Shown: positions 6,908 through 16,966, counted from the first letter of the stretch. The stretch: 32,000 nucleotides of DNA from an uncultured Candidatus Saccharibacteria bacterium (GCA_964543385.1 CAZIYE010000001.1:420001-452000); one strand, 5' to 3'. The notes: a model not told the origin generated them from the sequence alone. Program-made: numbers and translations.

Positions 6908-9900
6908 CTACCAAGACCAAGAGAATATAGTTATACTCCAACTCGTACCTAATCGTAGATTACCCTTTTGCGTATTAAAATAATCCGTTACCACACCAGT
7001 CAGAATATTGTCCCTGAAAAAACCCCAGACACCGTCAAGAATTGGCGAAAGAATATGATTGAGAAAATACTGGGTTCGATCACCTTTGCCCATCACCATA
7101 ATATTCCAGAAATCATTAATAGTACTAATTTGGTTTTTGACCCAAGCCATTGCATCATCTCCAACAGCGTTAACAAAGGCACCGAAACTAACAATTAGCT
7201 TAAAATTAACTTTAATCTCTTTATCACTAGTCAAATTTCTACATATCATTTTACCTTCTTTTGTCGATTTTATATCTGTCGTTGGCCGCCCGCTGTCATC
7301 AAAATAACGTGGGGCTTCACAATCTGGCGCTGCCATGCTTTGAATTAGGAAGTTTCTGGATGCTTTTGCCACTATTTCCTTATTACTACCATAATCTAGC
7401 GTTACTACCCCGTTAGGATCAGTCGTTCCAAAAGGATTTCTCTTCGCAAGAGCTAATTGATTATTCTTATAGGTTTCGAGTCTGTCCGGTATAAAAGTTA
7501 CCATTAGATTATTATAAAAATTATCGAGAGAACCAATCGCAGCCGCCGTATCAATCTGAGCTGACGACAAAGTCAAACCGCGCGAGACAAGAGTCTGATT
7601 AAATTTTGGTATTATATCAAAATTAAATAACGAAGTAAGTTTATCTGTAATACTTGTGACTTTCCTCACAGTGCATTGAGGTGATCTTGGATTCTCTTGG
7701 CAAGCAATATTTACACACTGAGCCACCCCAACCTTGTCACCCAAAACTGCCTTATTTATAATATCCGTATTTGAACATGGAGAAATACCAATAATTTGTC
7801 TGCTGACCAGCCCCCCTCTTCTGTCATTAATCGTAACTTCACGACTACCATTAGGCAAAACAGTCACAGTTGTGGTAGTACCATCTGAATTTGCGATAAT
7901 TCTCATAGCTCCTGGTCGGTCCGGTACTGTATTGCCAAATAACCCAGCGCCAAGTCTTGTTAGGATGCTAGTCGCATTGCTCTCGAGTTCAGTAATCCCT
8001 TCAATTGTTTGCCTACCAAGCTTATAGGCGTTAGTAAGATTGACCTGGTCACGCCATAGCGACTTCACGTCGTTGATTTTAGAATCAACCCAGCCAAGAA
8101 CACCCCCTCGTGTTTTTGCTTTGATTTGCTCAATTTGCGAAGCAGTATCGGCATCCGTAATTACAGAATTAAGATCTTTCTGTACATTTAACCTGATTTG
8201 TTTGGGTCTGAAAGTCGCAGTAACTGTTTTATCAGAAGTGACGTTACTAACAGTACATTGATAACCATCTGTCGATATATCCGTGCAACCGTTCCAAACA
8301 ACTATGGAATTGTTTTCTGGCATAGTTGAAATGATTGCAGAATCGCCGTAATTCACCACCTGAGTCAGCGGATTTACGCCATTTATAGAACCCAGATCAG
8401 TTCTTGAGACAGGATCATTCACTGAGCTCACAATCACCGTGAAGATCCTTTTGCGGACTTTGACTACGACATCATGATTTGCATCGATATTTGTAATACT
8501 GCAGGTTGATGCAGTAGGAGTGGTCGGCATACAGCCGGTCCAGCTAACGATTTCACTACCTGCATCGATCAGTATCACCATAAAATTGACGTTACCGCCA
8601 GGGGCGATTTGCTGATTGGACGGGTTGATAGAAGCGCGGGCATTTGAAGCAGGATCGATCATACCAGTGACTGTGTGCATCGTTGCAAAGGCAGCGTCAA
8701 TTGTATGATCAGCAATAATAGATGTGAAAGCATAAGAGCCGGAACTGACAGCGGCATTATTAGTAGCACCGTCGATGCGAACATCCCTGATATTATATCC
8801 GAGAGCAGCAGTTACCAAATAAGATTGAGAATCACCATAATTTACCGTCTTTACACCAGCGGGTGTGATCAAGCCGTTTACTCCTGCTGTTGATTTGATA
8901 GTAAAAGTCTTGAGTTTAAAGGTGGCGATGACTGTCCTATTGGAGATGATATTGTCAAGTTTACAAAGGTCAGACTCAATACTATCGCAACCGGACCAAT
9001 CAGTATTGGGATTAAATTCAACGGATGAAATAGCCGCAGTAGCTTTTATTAGTAAAATATCACCCATATTAACTACTGTGTAGGGAATTGTTTTGTCAAA
9101 AGTTCCGTCACCATTGCCTGCCTTATTGATACTAATAGTATATGTGTTAATAGCAAAACTAACATAAATACTATGATCGCCCGATATATTAGAGAATGTA
9201 TAACTTGAAACTAAATCCACGGGATTTGCATCAACAACTAATGTTTCTATATGATAATTAACTGCCGGAGTGAAGGTATAAGTTTTAGATTGTCCGTAGC
9301 TCACATAAGTTATGCCTGGTGATGAAATCGCCCCGTTAGAACCGAGAACTGCATTAATCGAATATGTCCTAATAATAAAAGTAACTGCAATTGTGTGATT
9401 AGAATCAACATTGTCAAACCAGTAGGAGCTATCAGCAACAGCCGTAGGGTTGTTCACTCCGTCAACCAACACCTGATATATAAGATAACCATTATTAGGG
9501 GTAAATGTGTATAATTTAGAATAATCATATCCTACCATCGTAACACCTGGAGTCAAAATTGAACCGTTTTGACCTGCTGTAGCTGTAATAGCATAAGTAT
9601 CGCGAGTATAGACTACCGAGACCGTGTGATTAGCGGAAATATCAGAGAAAGTATAAAAGCCTGCAGCTATCGCTCCGCTATTTGATACTCCGTCCACTAA
9701 GACTTCACCTATATGATAGTGATTCTCCGACGTGAAAGTATAAGTCTTAGAGGAATCCCAATTTACAACAGTAGCTCCTGGTGAAGTGATTGAGCCGTTC
9801 GAACCTGTTGTGGCAGTAATGGTGTAGGTATTAATGTCAAAAGTAGCCGAGATAGTGTGATTAGCAGTTACATTGGTAAAGTTATATGAACTTACAGCAC

Positions 9901-11551
9901 CGACAGATGAACCGTTTACTCGAACATCAGAGATATGATAGCCGTCATTCGATGTGACGGTGTAAGATTGAGAACCATTTGTAGCTACACTGGTCGTTCC
10001 AGGAGGCGAGATTGTACCATTAGCGCCAGAAGAAGCTGTGATAGAATAATCACCCGCAGTAGTTACCACAAAGGGATAATTTGTCGTGCCTCCATTTGTA
10101 GTTATAATACAGGATCCAGCACCTATTGCTGCGCCAACTGGCACAGTAAGTATAATAGACGTATTTGTCCATGTAGTAGGAGAACCTGCTACGGCTCCTA
10201 TGGATATGGTTGAATTTCCTTGATTCAAGCCAAAATCAGTACCAGTAATCACGACAATGTCACCAACATCTCCATTCGACGGATCTATTGATGTAATCGC
10301 GGGGACATTAGGCGTATTATAATGAACCGTCATAGCATCAAATATGGGAGTGACTGTGGTATCTTCTGTAATAAGAATTATCTTTATCTGAGCATAACGT
10401 CCAGTTGGGACAATATGGTTTATGCCAATTACAAAAGTACTGGCTTGGTGGTTGGCATCTTCGCTCCACTCAGCAGCAGATAAACCGGCTTCAGTATCAG
10501 CTGCCCTTAGCCGGACTTCGAAATCAGTATTGGTGGGGACTGTCACAGTCCAGTCAGCATAATTCCAGTATGTACCGCTAAGACCTGAATCATAAGTAGT
10601 AATGGCAGTACCTACAGAAGAGAAAGCCGGGAAGGTGCCAGCTGTATTAACCCCACTTAAGATATCATTATAAAGAGCAGAATTACCCGATACATCACTT
10701 GGATAGAAGCCCATGCCCCCCTGCATTACAGCAGCATTGATGGTGTGGTCAGATATAGAAGAAGCTGCTAATTGCAAAACAGCCGAAGTAATTGGCCCCG
10801 AAAGAATAGATGGATCTATAATGATAAAAGCTCTCTCGCCTTTTCCACCATAGTTTCCAATGTATCCAACCGTAGTCATCCCTCCTCGTGTCCCATCAGA
10901 GTAAACGTTGAATAAGTCAGACGTCACGCTTGGCAATGTAATTGTACCATTATCAGTAATAATCCTAATCGAACTATCGCGAGCCCCGTCAGTGCCAATC
11001 CAACTCTCCTCATCAGCATTTTCAGCCGAATCTTTAAAACCAATAATGACCAACTCTTCATTTTCTTTAGCATAATTCATCCGCTGAATAAAGGCACAAC
11101 TTAGAGTAATATCTTTAGAACCACCATCAGCGGTGAAATCAGCTGCTGCTAGTGAAGGCTCAGTAATATTTCCTACAGCGGTTGGACAACCACCATCAAG
11201 CTGAAAAAATCCCTGGGTTAATGGAGTGCCATTATCGACACCGCTTAGATCAAAATTCGATAAATCAATAGTATCGTCCCAAGTTTTAGTCAGGGAGGCA
11301 GCCTTTAAATGCTGTTGCGGATTTGATATCAAGACAGCGGTAAATAATGAAAAAACGACTAAACTGAAAAATAAAAACACCCAATGACTAGTCCTAGCAA
11401 TTGGATTGATATGCCATCTATAATACCAGCGGAAATGCATCCTCAAAAAATTATGCAGCTTTGATGCCCAAGGCATCAAAGCTTTAGTACTTCGCTGAAT
11501 ACGAATTAACTTTTTATCTAACTCTTGGATATTAATTTGAGATGATGTCAT
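6908..11551 (-). CDS. Giant membrane-anchored surface/adhesin-like protein, 1547 aa
   Basis: N-terminal cytoplasmic segment plus TM (TSHWVFLFFSLVVFSLFTAVLI), an IPT/TIG domain (PAITSIDPSNGDVGDIVVITGTDFG...GSCIITTNGGTTNYPFVV), about 8 tandem InlB-B-like repeats, and a long unclassified C-terminal region. Confidence 0.85.
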   Translation of the reverse strand: MTSSQINIQELDKKLIRIQRSTKALMPWASKLHNFLRMHFRWYYRWHINPIARTSHWVFLFFSLVVFSLFTAVLISNPQQHLKAASLTKTWDDTIDLSNFDLSGVDNGTPLTQGFFQLDGGCPTAVGNITEPSLAAADFTADGGSKDITLSCAFIQRMNYAKENEELVIIGFKDSAENADEESWIGTDGARDSSIRIITDNGTITLPSVTSDLFNVYSDGTRGGMTTVGYIGNYGGKGERAFIIIDPSILSGPITSAVLQLAASSISDHTINAAVMQGGMGFYPSDVSGNSALYNDILSGVNTAGTFPAFSSVGTAITTYDSGLSGTYWNYADWTVTVPTNTDFEVRLRAADTEAGLSAAEWSEDANHQASTFVIGINHIVPTGRYAQIKIILITEDTTVTPIFDAMTVHYNTPNVPAITSIDPSNGDVGDIVVITGTDFGLNQGNSTISIGAVAGSPTTWTNTSIILTVPVGAAIGAGSCIITTNGGTTNYPFVVTTAGDYSITASSGANGTISPPGTTSVATNGSQSYTVTSNDGYHISDVRVNGSSVGAVSSYNFTNVTANHTISATFDINTYTITATTGSNGSITSPGATVVNWDSSKTYTFTSENHYHIGEVLVDGVSNSGAIAAGFYTFSDISANHTVSVVYTRDTYAITATAGQNGSILTPGVTMVGYDYSKLYTFTPNNGYLIYQVLVDGVNNPTAVADSSYWFDNVDSNHTIAVTFIIRTYSINAVLGSNGAISSPGITYVSYGQSKTYTFTPAVNYHIETLVVDANPVDLVSSYTFSNISGDHSIYVSFAINTYTISINKAGNGDGTFDKTIPYTVVNMGDILLIKATAAISSVEFNPNTDWSGCDSIESDLCKLDNIISNRTVIATFKLKTFTIKSTAGVNGLITPAGVKTVNYGDSQSYLVTAALGYNIRDVRIDGATNNAAVSSGSYAFTSIIADHTIDAAFATMHTVTGMIDPASNARASINPSNQQIAPGGNVNFMVILIDAGSEIVSWTGCMPTTPTASTCSITNIDANHDVVVKVRKRIFTVIVSSVNDPVSRTDLGSINGVNPLTQVVNYGDSAIISTMPENNSIVVWNGCTDISTDGYQCTVSNVTSDKTVTATFRPKQIRLNVQKDLNSVITDADTASQIEQIKAKTRGGVLGWVDSKINDVKSLWRDQVNLTNAYKLGRQTIEGITELESNATSILTRLGAGLFGNTVPDRPGAMRIIANSDGTTTTVTVLPNGSREVTINDRRGGLVSRQIIGISPCSNTDIINKAVLGDKVGVAQCVNIACQENPRSPQCTVRKVTSITDKLTSLFNFDIIPKFNQTLVSRGLTLSSAQIDTAAAIGSLDNFYNNLMVTFIPDRLETYKNNQLALAKRNPFGTTDPNGVVTLDYGSNKEIVAKASRNFLIQSMAAPDCEAPRYFDDSGRPTTDIKSTKEGKMICRNLTSDKEIKVNFKLIVSFGAFVNAVGDDAMAWVKNQISTINDFWNIMVMGKGDRTQYFLNHILSPILDGVWGFFRDNILTGVVTDYFNTQKGNLRLGTSWSITIFSWSW
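8215..10080 (-). repeat. Coding region for about 8 tandem divergent InlB B-like repeats (approximate bounds)
   Basis: Recurring pattern Y-T/S-I-x-A-x-x-G-x-N-G-x-I-x-x-P-G ... YTFT ... Y-x-I-x-x-V-x-V-D-G ... Y-x-F-x-x-I/V-x-x-x-H-x-I-x-x-x-F; units 5, 7 and 8 use WxGCxx...C variants. Confidence 0.8.
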
Positions 11552-11562
11552 ATTTTTCCAAA

Positions 11563-12282
11563 CTAAATTGGATTAATAATAAAACTCCAAAAACCCCTTC
11601 CTTTGGTTTCTTGTTCTATTTTGGTCTGACCCCGTAAAGAATCATAGATATAAGATATGAATATTAATAACATCGGGAAGATAACAACCATAAACATTCC
11701 CATAAATAATTTACCAAATATCATTGAGACAATAGAGACAATCAGAAGAGAAAGAAACACCGTCCAAAATGCTCCCTTACCAATCTTGCGACTGTTTTTT
11801 ATCGCCTCAATCGCTTTATCACCATCTGCCACTGCGAAGATATAAAATGCATAATGTATTCCCCAGACGATTCCAATTAGGTCAAAAATAACAGTCGCAA
11901 AAGGAATAATGAATTTCAGAAGATTACCGACAATCGGTCCCGCTGCCAGAAGTGCGGAGACCGCTAATGAAGCCATTATGAGGTTCCACATGTTTTTCTT
12001 CAATGAATATATTTCTTTCAGACTTGTTTTCTTACTCCTGACAACATCCAATGATATCCTGAGACAAACGAGCAGTGCAATAGAATTAATAATTGCAACA
12101 GAGATATATATAATAAATTGATATAAAAGACCAACATAGGTTGCACTGGCAATAATTTCGTAAATCATAATGTTGAAGATAGCGGCCAAAGACACAACCA
12201 TCAAAAATATCGGCCATATCTTCCACACAAACCGTAATGAAAAGATAAAGGCATTTTTTATAGAAACCTTCTTCTCGGACAT
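11563..12282 (-). CDS. Multi-pass membrane protein of unknown function
   Basis: 239 aa with several hydrophobic segments, ending 12 bp before the adhesin start on the same strand; likely co-transcribed. Confidence 0.6.
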   Translation of the reverse strand: MSEKKVSIKNAFIFSLRFVWKIWPIFLMVVSLAAIFNIMIYEIIASATYVGLLYQFIIYISVAIINSIALLVCLRISLDVVRSKKTSLKEIYSLKKNMWNLIMASLAVSALLAAGPIVGNLLKFIIPFATVIFDLIGIVWGIHYAFYIFAVADGDKAIEAIKNSRKIGKGAFWTVFLSLLIVSIVSMIFGKLFMGMFMVVIFPMLLIFISYIYDSLRGQTKIEQETKGRGFWSFIINPI

Positions 12283-12348
12283 TTCCCCTCCAAAAGAACT
12301 AAAAAAATACTAATGCTAATATAGCCTATTTATGTAGTTATAGTCAAT

Positions 12349-13044
12349 TCAAGAAATAACCCTTTTTACTATCAATACCAATTCACCTTTTAATTGATGA
12401 CTTTTCAGGCCAGAAATGACATCGATAACACTTCCACCCCAATACTCCTCAAACATCTTTGTGATTTCACGAGCAATAAATACCTTGGTATCGTCACCTA
12501 GATAGGCCTTAATATCACCCAGAGTCCTCTCTATACGCATTGCAGATTCGTAGATGACAATTGGACAGTCCAAAGATTTCAATTGTTTAAATTTAGTTTG
12601 ACGGCCCTTCTTCTTTGGTAAAAATCCGGCAAAAAAGAATTCCTTCTCTATTAGCCCCGACACACTTGCGGCTGCTGCCAAGGCAGAGGGACCAGGAACA
12701 GGAATCACCAATATATCACTTTCAACGTTCTTTATTCTAGCTATTAGTTCCTGCCCAGGATCAGAGATTCCCGGCGTACCTGCATCAGTCACTAAAGCAA
12801 TATTCTTGCCACTTTTCAATTCATCTATAATATATTCAATTTTCGATAATTTTGAGTGCTGGAAATAAGATACAAGTGGCTTCTTAATCTCAAAATGCTT
12901 CAACATTTGCCCTGTCACACGTGTATCTTCGCAAGCAATTAAATCTGCCTCTTTCAAAACACGAATAGCTCGAAGAGTGATATCTTCGAGATTGCCAATC
13001 GGGGTTGCGACAATATACAAAATTCCTTTATTTGTCTTATTCAT
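12349..13044 (-). CDS. rsmI: 16S rRNA (cytidine1402-2'-O)-methyltransferase
   Basis: LYIVATPIGNLEDITLRAIRVLKEADLIACEDTRVTGQML...ALVTDAGTPGISDPGQELI...VPGPSALAAA...FLPKKKGR: canonical RsmI. Confidence 0.96.
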   Translation of the reverse strand: MNKTNKGILYIVATPIGNLEDITLRAIRVLKEADLIACEDTRVTGQMLKHFEIKKPLVSYFQHSKLSKIEYIIDELKSGKNIALVTDAGTPGISDPGQELIARIKNVESDILVIPVPGPSALAAAASVSGLIEKEFFFAGFLPKKKGRQTKFKQLKSLDCPIVIYESAMRIERTLGDIKAYLGDDTKVFIAREITKMFEEYWGGSVIDVISGLKSHQLKGELVLIVKRVIS

Positions 13045-13138
13045 AGCCTATTATTAATTACTATCGATCACCACTTTATTCTTTATATACGATACTCTAC
13101 CATATTTTGCCTCATATTGGTATAACATCAGTATCTGG

Positions 13139-13156
13139 CATGGAGGTACATCCATG
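13139..13156 (+). promoter_or_regulatory. Hairpin overlapping SD and start codon of the 87-aa ORF
   Basis: CATGGA(13139-13144)-GGTACA-TCCATG(13151-13156); SD GGAGG and the ATG at 13154 are both in the structure. Confidence 0.55.
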
Positions 13157-13417
13157 AGTACGTCAATCATTGTCGCTTGCGCCATTGGAAATCAAAGTTT
13201 CGAGCTAAAAGCGGAGAGCTTATCAGTATGGCTTGAAGCAAAGGCTCTTTCTGAGAGAATTGAGGTAACAATTTTAGCAGCGCCAGAAGAATATCAAAGT
13301 CTTATTAACACTAAGATCTTTGCATATTTAAACGGCGAAACAATAACCGTCGACATACCAAAAAGCGGAAAATTTCACCTGCGCCAGACAGGATTCTTCT
13401 TTCCGCACCGTCCGTAG
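13154..13417 (+). CDS. Hypothetical protein, 87 aa
   Basis: SD GGAGG 8 nt upstream, dedicated terminator immediately downstream, and opposite orientation to the backbone genes. Confidence 0.65.
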   Translation: MSTSIIVACAIGNQSFELKAESLSVWLEAKALSERIEVTILAAPEEYQSLINTKIFAYLNGETITVDIPKSGKFHLRQTGFFFPHRP

Positions 13418-13451
13418 AACCCACCCTTGCACAAGATGCCACGGTGGGTTC
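13417..13451 (+). terminator. Terminator-like hairpin
   Basis: GAACCCACC (13417-13425)/GGTGGGTTC (13443-13451), 9-bp perfect stem starting at the stop codon. Confidence 0.6.
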
Positions 13452-13465
13452 TTGCCTTATTAGGG

Positions 13466-14950
13466 CTATTTTATAAAGTTTAATGCGATTACTGCCATAA
13501 CTGCTATTGCAGCAAAGGCAAAGGCTGCCCAGCCAAACACTTTTACCCAAGTTGGGTGAGTTTCCCTGCCCATAATACGCTTGTCATTACCGACAACCAT
13601 TATTACAAAGAGAAGCGGAACAGCGATCACACCGTTTAGAAACGCTGAATAATAAAGCGCCTTCATCGGATTAATGCCTATAAAGTTTATAGCAAGACCA
13701 ATAAGGATAGACAGAGTAATAACACAATAGAATGCCTTCGCACGGGAAAATTTATTTTCAAGCCCCTCTCTCCAATTCATTAACTCTGCTAACGCATACG
13801 CTCCCGATCCTGCGAGGACCGGGATTGCCAGTAAACCCGTGCCGACAATTCCTAAGGCAAACAGCAGAAAGGCTTGATCGCCAGCAAATGGCTTTAGTGC
13901 CATTGCCGCTTGCTCGGCAGATTCAATATTGAATATACCATTAGCATTTAACACCTTGGCCGTCGTCAATACTATGAAGAAAAAAGTAAGATTAGCAAAA
14001 ATCATGCCAGTGCGAACATCTGTCCTCATCCGACCGATTCTATCATTTAGTTTATGAGAAATAGGCTCCCCATCTTCGTCCACCTTTGCTTTACCAACTA
14101 ATTTATTTTCTTCCACTTCCTCCGATGCTTGCCAAAAGAAAAGATATGGGCTGATAGTAGTACCAAAAACCGCAATTATCGCAAATACATAAGTCTTGTT
14201 AAAAGACATCTGTGGAATCAAAGCCTCTTTAAAAACCATGGCCCAATCAGGGTGTATTATAAATCCAGTGATGATATAGGCGAAAAGAGAAAGAGTCAGC
14301 CATTTCAAAATTTTTGAATAATGCCTATAAGGGATTAGTATTTCGATAGCGATAATCAATACCGTTAAAGCAATAGCTACGACAGCGAAATTAATTGGTA
14401 TTAGAAGTCTTATTGCAGCTGCCATTGCTGAAATATCAGCACCAATATTGGCGACATTAGCGACAATAAGTAAGGCAACTATGACAAAAACAATCCATTT
14501 TTTGTAATGTCGAAGCAAGACACCAGCTAAACCCTTGTTTGTAACAATCCCGATACGAGCACAAGCCTCCTGGACAGCAGTCATAAGTGGCAGCAACCAT
14601 GGAGCAAGCCAAATAAGGCCAAAACCAAACTGCGCACCGACAGAGGAGTATGTACCTATACCAGAAGGATCATCATCGGCAGCTCCGGTTATAATACCAG
14701 GACCGAGTGCCTTGAAAAAAAGCTTTGTTCTATGCCATGGATTTTTGAGGAATACCTTGGTTTCTTCCAACTCACCTTCAGTAATCCGAATAGTACCATC
14801 TGCTGCCTTGACTACCTCAACATAACCCCAAACTATTAGTTTTCTGGCTAGAATTAGTGGGATGCCTAGTTCGTGTCTGAATTCCGACAGAGTGAAAAGT
14901 TTAGTCTGAGAAGCTTTATCATTAAATTTGCTATTTTTATCTTGCAACAT
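13466..14950 (-). CDS. Nramp-family divalent metal transporter, divergent subtype
   Basis: ALGPGIITGAADDDPSGIGTYSSVGAQFGFGLIWLAPWLLPLMTAVQEACARIG...TTISPYLFFWQASEEVEE: Nramp fold with non-canonical metal-site motifs. Confidence 0.85.
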   Translation of the reverse strand: MLQDKNSKFNDKASQTKLFTLSEFRHELGIPLILARKLIVWGYVEVVKAADGTIRITEGELEETKVFLKNPWHRTKLFFKALGPGIITGAADDDPSGIGTYSSVGAQFGFGLIWLAPWLLPLMTAVQEACARIGIVTNKGLAGVLLRHYKKWIVFVIVALLIVANVANIGADISAMAAAIRLLIPINFAVVAIALTVLIIAIEILIPYRHYSKILKWLTLSLFAYIITGFIIHPDWAMVFKEALIPQMSFNKTYVFAIIAVFGTTISPYLFFWQASEEVEENKLVGKAKVDEDGEPISHKLNDRIGRMRTDVRTGMIFANLTFFFIVLTTAKVLNANGIFNIESAEQAAMALKPFAGDQAFLLFALGIVGTGLLAIPVLAGSGAYALAELMNWREGLENKFSRAKAFYCVITLSILIGLAINFIGINPMKALYYSAFLNGVIAVPLLFVIMVVGNDKRIMGRETHPTWVKVFGWAAFAFAAIAVMAVIALNFIK

Positions 14951-15027
14951 GTCCCCTCACTATAATTAGTGTTCGAATGAAGTAAGAGATATCCAGCTCA
15001 AGCTCTAATTTGCAACCAAACAATAAT

Positions 15028-15897
15028 CTATTTATCATTTATAGCTTTAGTTAAAGAAACCCACTCTTCGAGCGATAGTTCCTGTGCTCGGACATTCTCA
15101 GATAATCCGATTGACTTAATTATATCGGCTGCATTTTTCTTGTCTATATGATAACCAGACGACAAATTATTAACCAAAGTCTTCCTACGTGAGGAGAAGC
15201 CAACTTTGATAGCTCGAAAAAGAACATCTTCTGACGTCTCTGACAATACATAATTTATATCCGATATTTTTAAAATTGCCGAGTCAACATCAGGAGATGG
15301 AAAAAATGACTCTCGTGGTACGATGCCAATTATTTCCGGTTTCCCATATGCCTGGACAGACAAGGCCAACACGGACATATCTCCTGGCTTAGCACATATA
15401 CGCTCAGCTACCTCTTTTTGTACCAGCAAAACAATGCTTTTGGGTTTATTGGGGGTAGTTAGAAAAAGTTTTATTATTTTTGAAGTAATATAGTATGGAA
15501 TATTGGCGATGACTTTATATTTCCTGTCTCCAACCAATTCAGGAATATTTATTTTAAGAATGTCTGAATTGAGCACTAGTAATTTACTATCATGATTCAA
15601 TAAAGTCGGTTGAGAAACAGCAATCCTATATTTGGATGCTAATAACTCTGCTAGTTTATCATCAATCTCTACTGCGGCCACCTTTCCTGCCTTCTCTATT
15701 AATTCTTCAGTCAACGTACCTAATCCCGGCCCCACTTCGATTACTAAATCGTCTTGTCCGAGATCAGCTGCGTGTATAATTTTATTGAGAGCATCTCGAT
15801 CAACTAAAAAATTTTGTCCAAGGCCATGCTTGGCCCAAAGACTATTTGATTTTAGATACTCGAGTAATTCCGTTTTATTTGTGAGATCAATAGACAT
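15028..15897 (-). CDS. rsmA: 16S rRNA (adenine1518/1519-N6)-dimethyltransferase
   Basis: HGLGQNFLVDRDALNKII...VIEVGPGLGTLTEEL...YKVIANIPYYITSKII...: canonical KsgA/RsmA. Confidence 0.96.
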   Translation of the reverse strand: MSIDLTNKTELLEYLKSNSLWAKHGLGQNFLVDRDALNKIIHAADLGQDDLVIEVGPGLGTLTEELIEKAGKVAAVEIDDKLAELLASKYRIAVSQPTLLNHDSKLLVLNSDILKINIPELVGDRKYKVIANIPYYITSKIIKLFLTTPNKPKSIVLLVQKEVAERICAKPGDMSVLALSVQAYGKPEIIGIVPRESFFPSPDVDSAILKISDINYVLSETSEDVLFRAIKVGFSSRRKTLVNNLSSGYHIDKKNAADIIKSIGLSENVRAQELSLEEWVSLTKAINDK

Positions 15898-15924
15898 TTT
15901 TAATTTTATGGAATTAATTAGGAA

Positions 15925-16923
15925 TTATTTGAATGTTCCAGGCCACCTGCCAGCATATCCATGAGTCAGAGCCCAGGCGGTCGTATAAATCTGTGCTTTG
16001 GGATCTTTCCAGCTAGCACCTGCATATCCCGCTTTTTTACTAGCATCAGCCCAAAATCCTTCTGTATACTGAAATAATCCTAAATGTCCTCCGCCAGAAA
16101 CAGACTCAACATTACCACGACTTTCAACTCGCATAAGATTACAAAGTCTATCAGGATCAAGCCCATTATTGATTGAGGCATCCAGAACAAGATCATTATA
16201 TTTACACCACACGGTAATTACCGGTTTCGTACCAATTATTTGTATTTCATCAACTGGAGCTGTAGTAACTTCACTACCTATGAGTTTCCGAGAAATTTCT
16301 ATTCCATCCTCTCTTACTAGGCGATAGGTCAAAGTCCTAATCCCAGACTGTCCCTTCTGCTCGATTTTACTCTTGCCTTTATCTAGTGTCTTATCTTCTT
16401 TTTTTATCGTTTTAAAGGCAACCGGCTCTGTCTTATTTATATTTGTTATAGCTACACGGATAATATTTATTTCCATGCCCAGCTCTAACTCGGTACTTTC
16501 TGCAAAATTGATTTTGTCGTCATTACCAAGAGCAATATCTGCTTCCCGGAGAAGATTACCAACAGTAGTAACCCAGCTTCTTTTTTGAAGATGCTTTTTT
16601 CCGTCAACAATGATATATTCTGGAGCCTTATAAATAGTGATCTTACTACCAATACCCATTTTTATATCAGGGAAAGCGGTAAATTTATCCTCTTTATGCG
16701 GATCTGCACCAAGCTCAGCAGCAATAGCAAATGAATTTTGGGACTTACTAGCGCCAGAATATCTAGAATAATCACCGTTGGGCATATAGGTTTCGACAAT
16801 ATAAGGTCTTGGAAATTGCTGATTAGCAATCACCTTACTCTCAACCAAAGGACTTGAGGAAAAAGTTATATAACCAGCAGGAACAATCAAGCCTGCAAGC
16901 AAAAATTTGAAATTAAATTTCAT
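15925..16923 (-). CDS. YabE/RpfB-like secreted protein with DUF348-like/G5 region and C-terminal lysozyme/SLT-like domain
   Basis: Signal segment FLLAGLIVPAGYITF; KKHLQKRSWVTTVGNLLREADIALGNDDKI; GIRTLTYRLVREDGIEISRKLIGSEVTTAPVDEIQIIG (G5-like); NLMRVESRGNVESVSGGGHLGLFQYTEGFW (SLT/lysozyme-like). Start MKFNFKF at 16923 preferred. Confidence 0.8.
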   Translation of the reverse strand: MKFNFKFLLAGLIVPAGYITFSSSPLVESKVIANQQFPRPYIVETYMPNGDYSRYSGASKSQNSFAIAAELGADPHKEDKFTAFPDIKMGIGSKITIYKAPEYIIVDGKKHLQKRSWVTTVGNLLREADIALGNDDKINFAESTELELGMEINIIRVAITNINKTEPVAFKTIKKEDKTLDKGKSKIEQKGQSGIRTLTYRLVREDGIEISRKLIGSEVTTAPVDEIQIIGTKPVITVWCKYNDLVLDASINNGLDPDRLCNLMRVESRGNVESVSGGGHLGLFQYTEGFWADASKKAGYAGASWKDPKAQIYTTAWALTHGYAGRWPGTFK

Positions 16924-16966
16924 GTCTATGAGTATTTTACCAAACGATATGACTTTAAACAATATT

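Noticed and set aside
6968-10213. Short antisense and out-of-frame ORFs within the 1547-aa surface protein gene
   Set aside because: They sit inside a long, clearly coding, repeat-structured ORF and have no RBS or domain support. Their similarity to each other mirrors the repeats of the sense gene.
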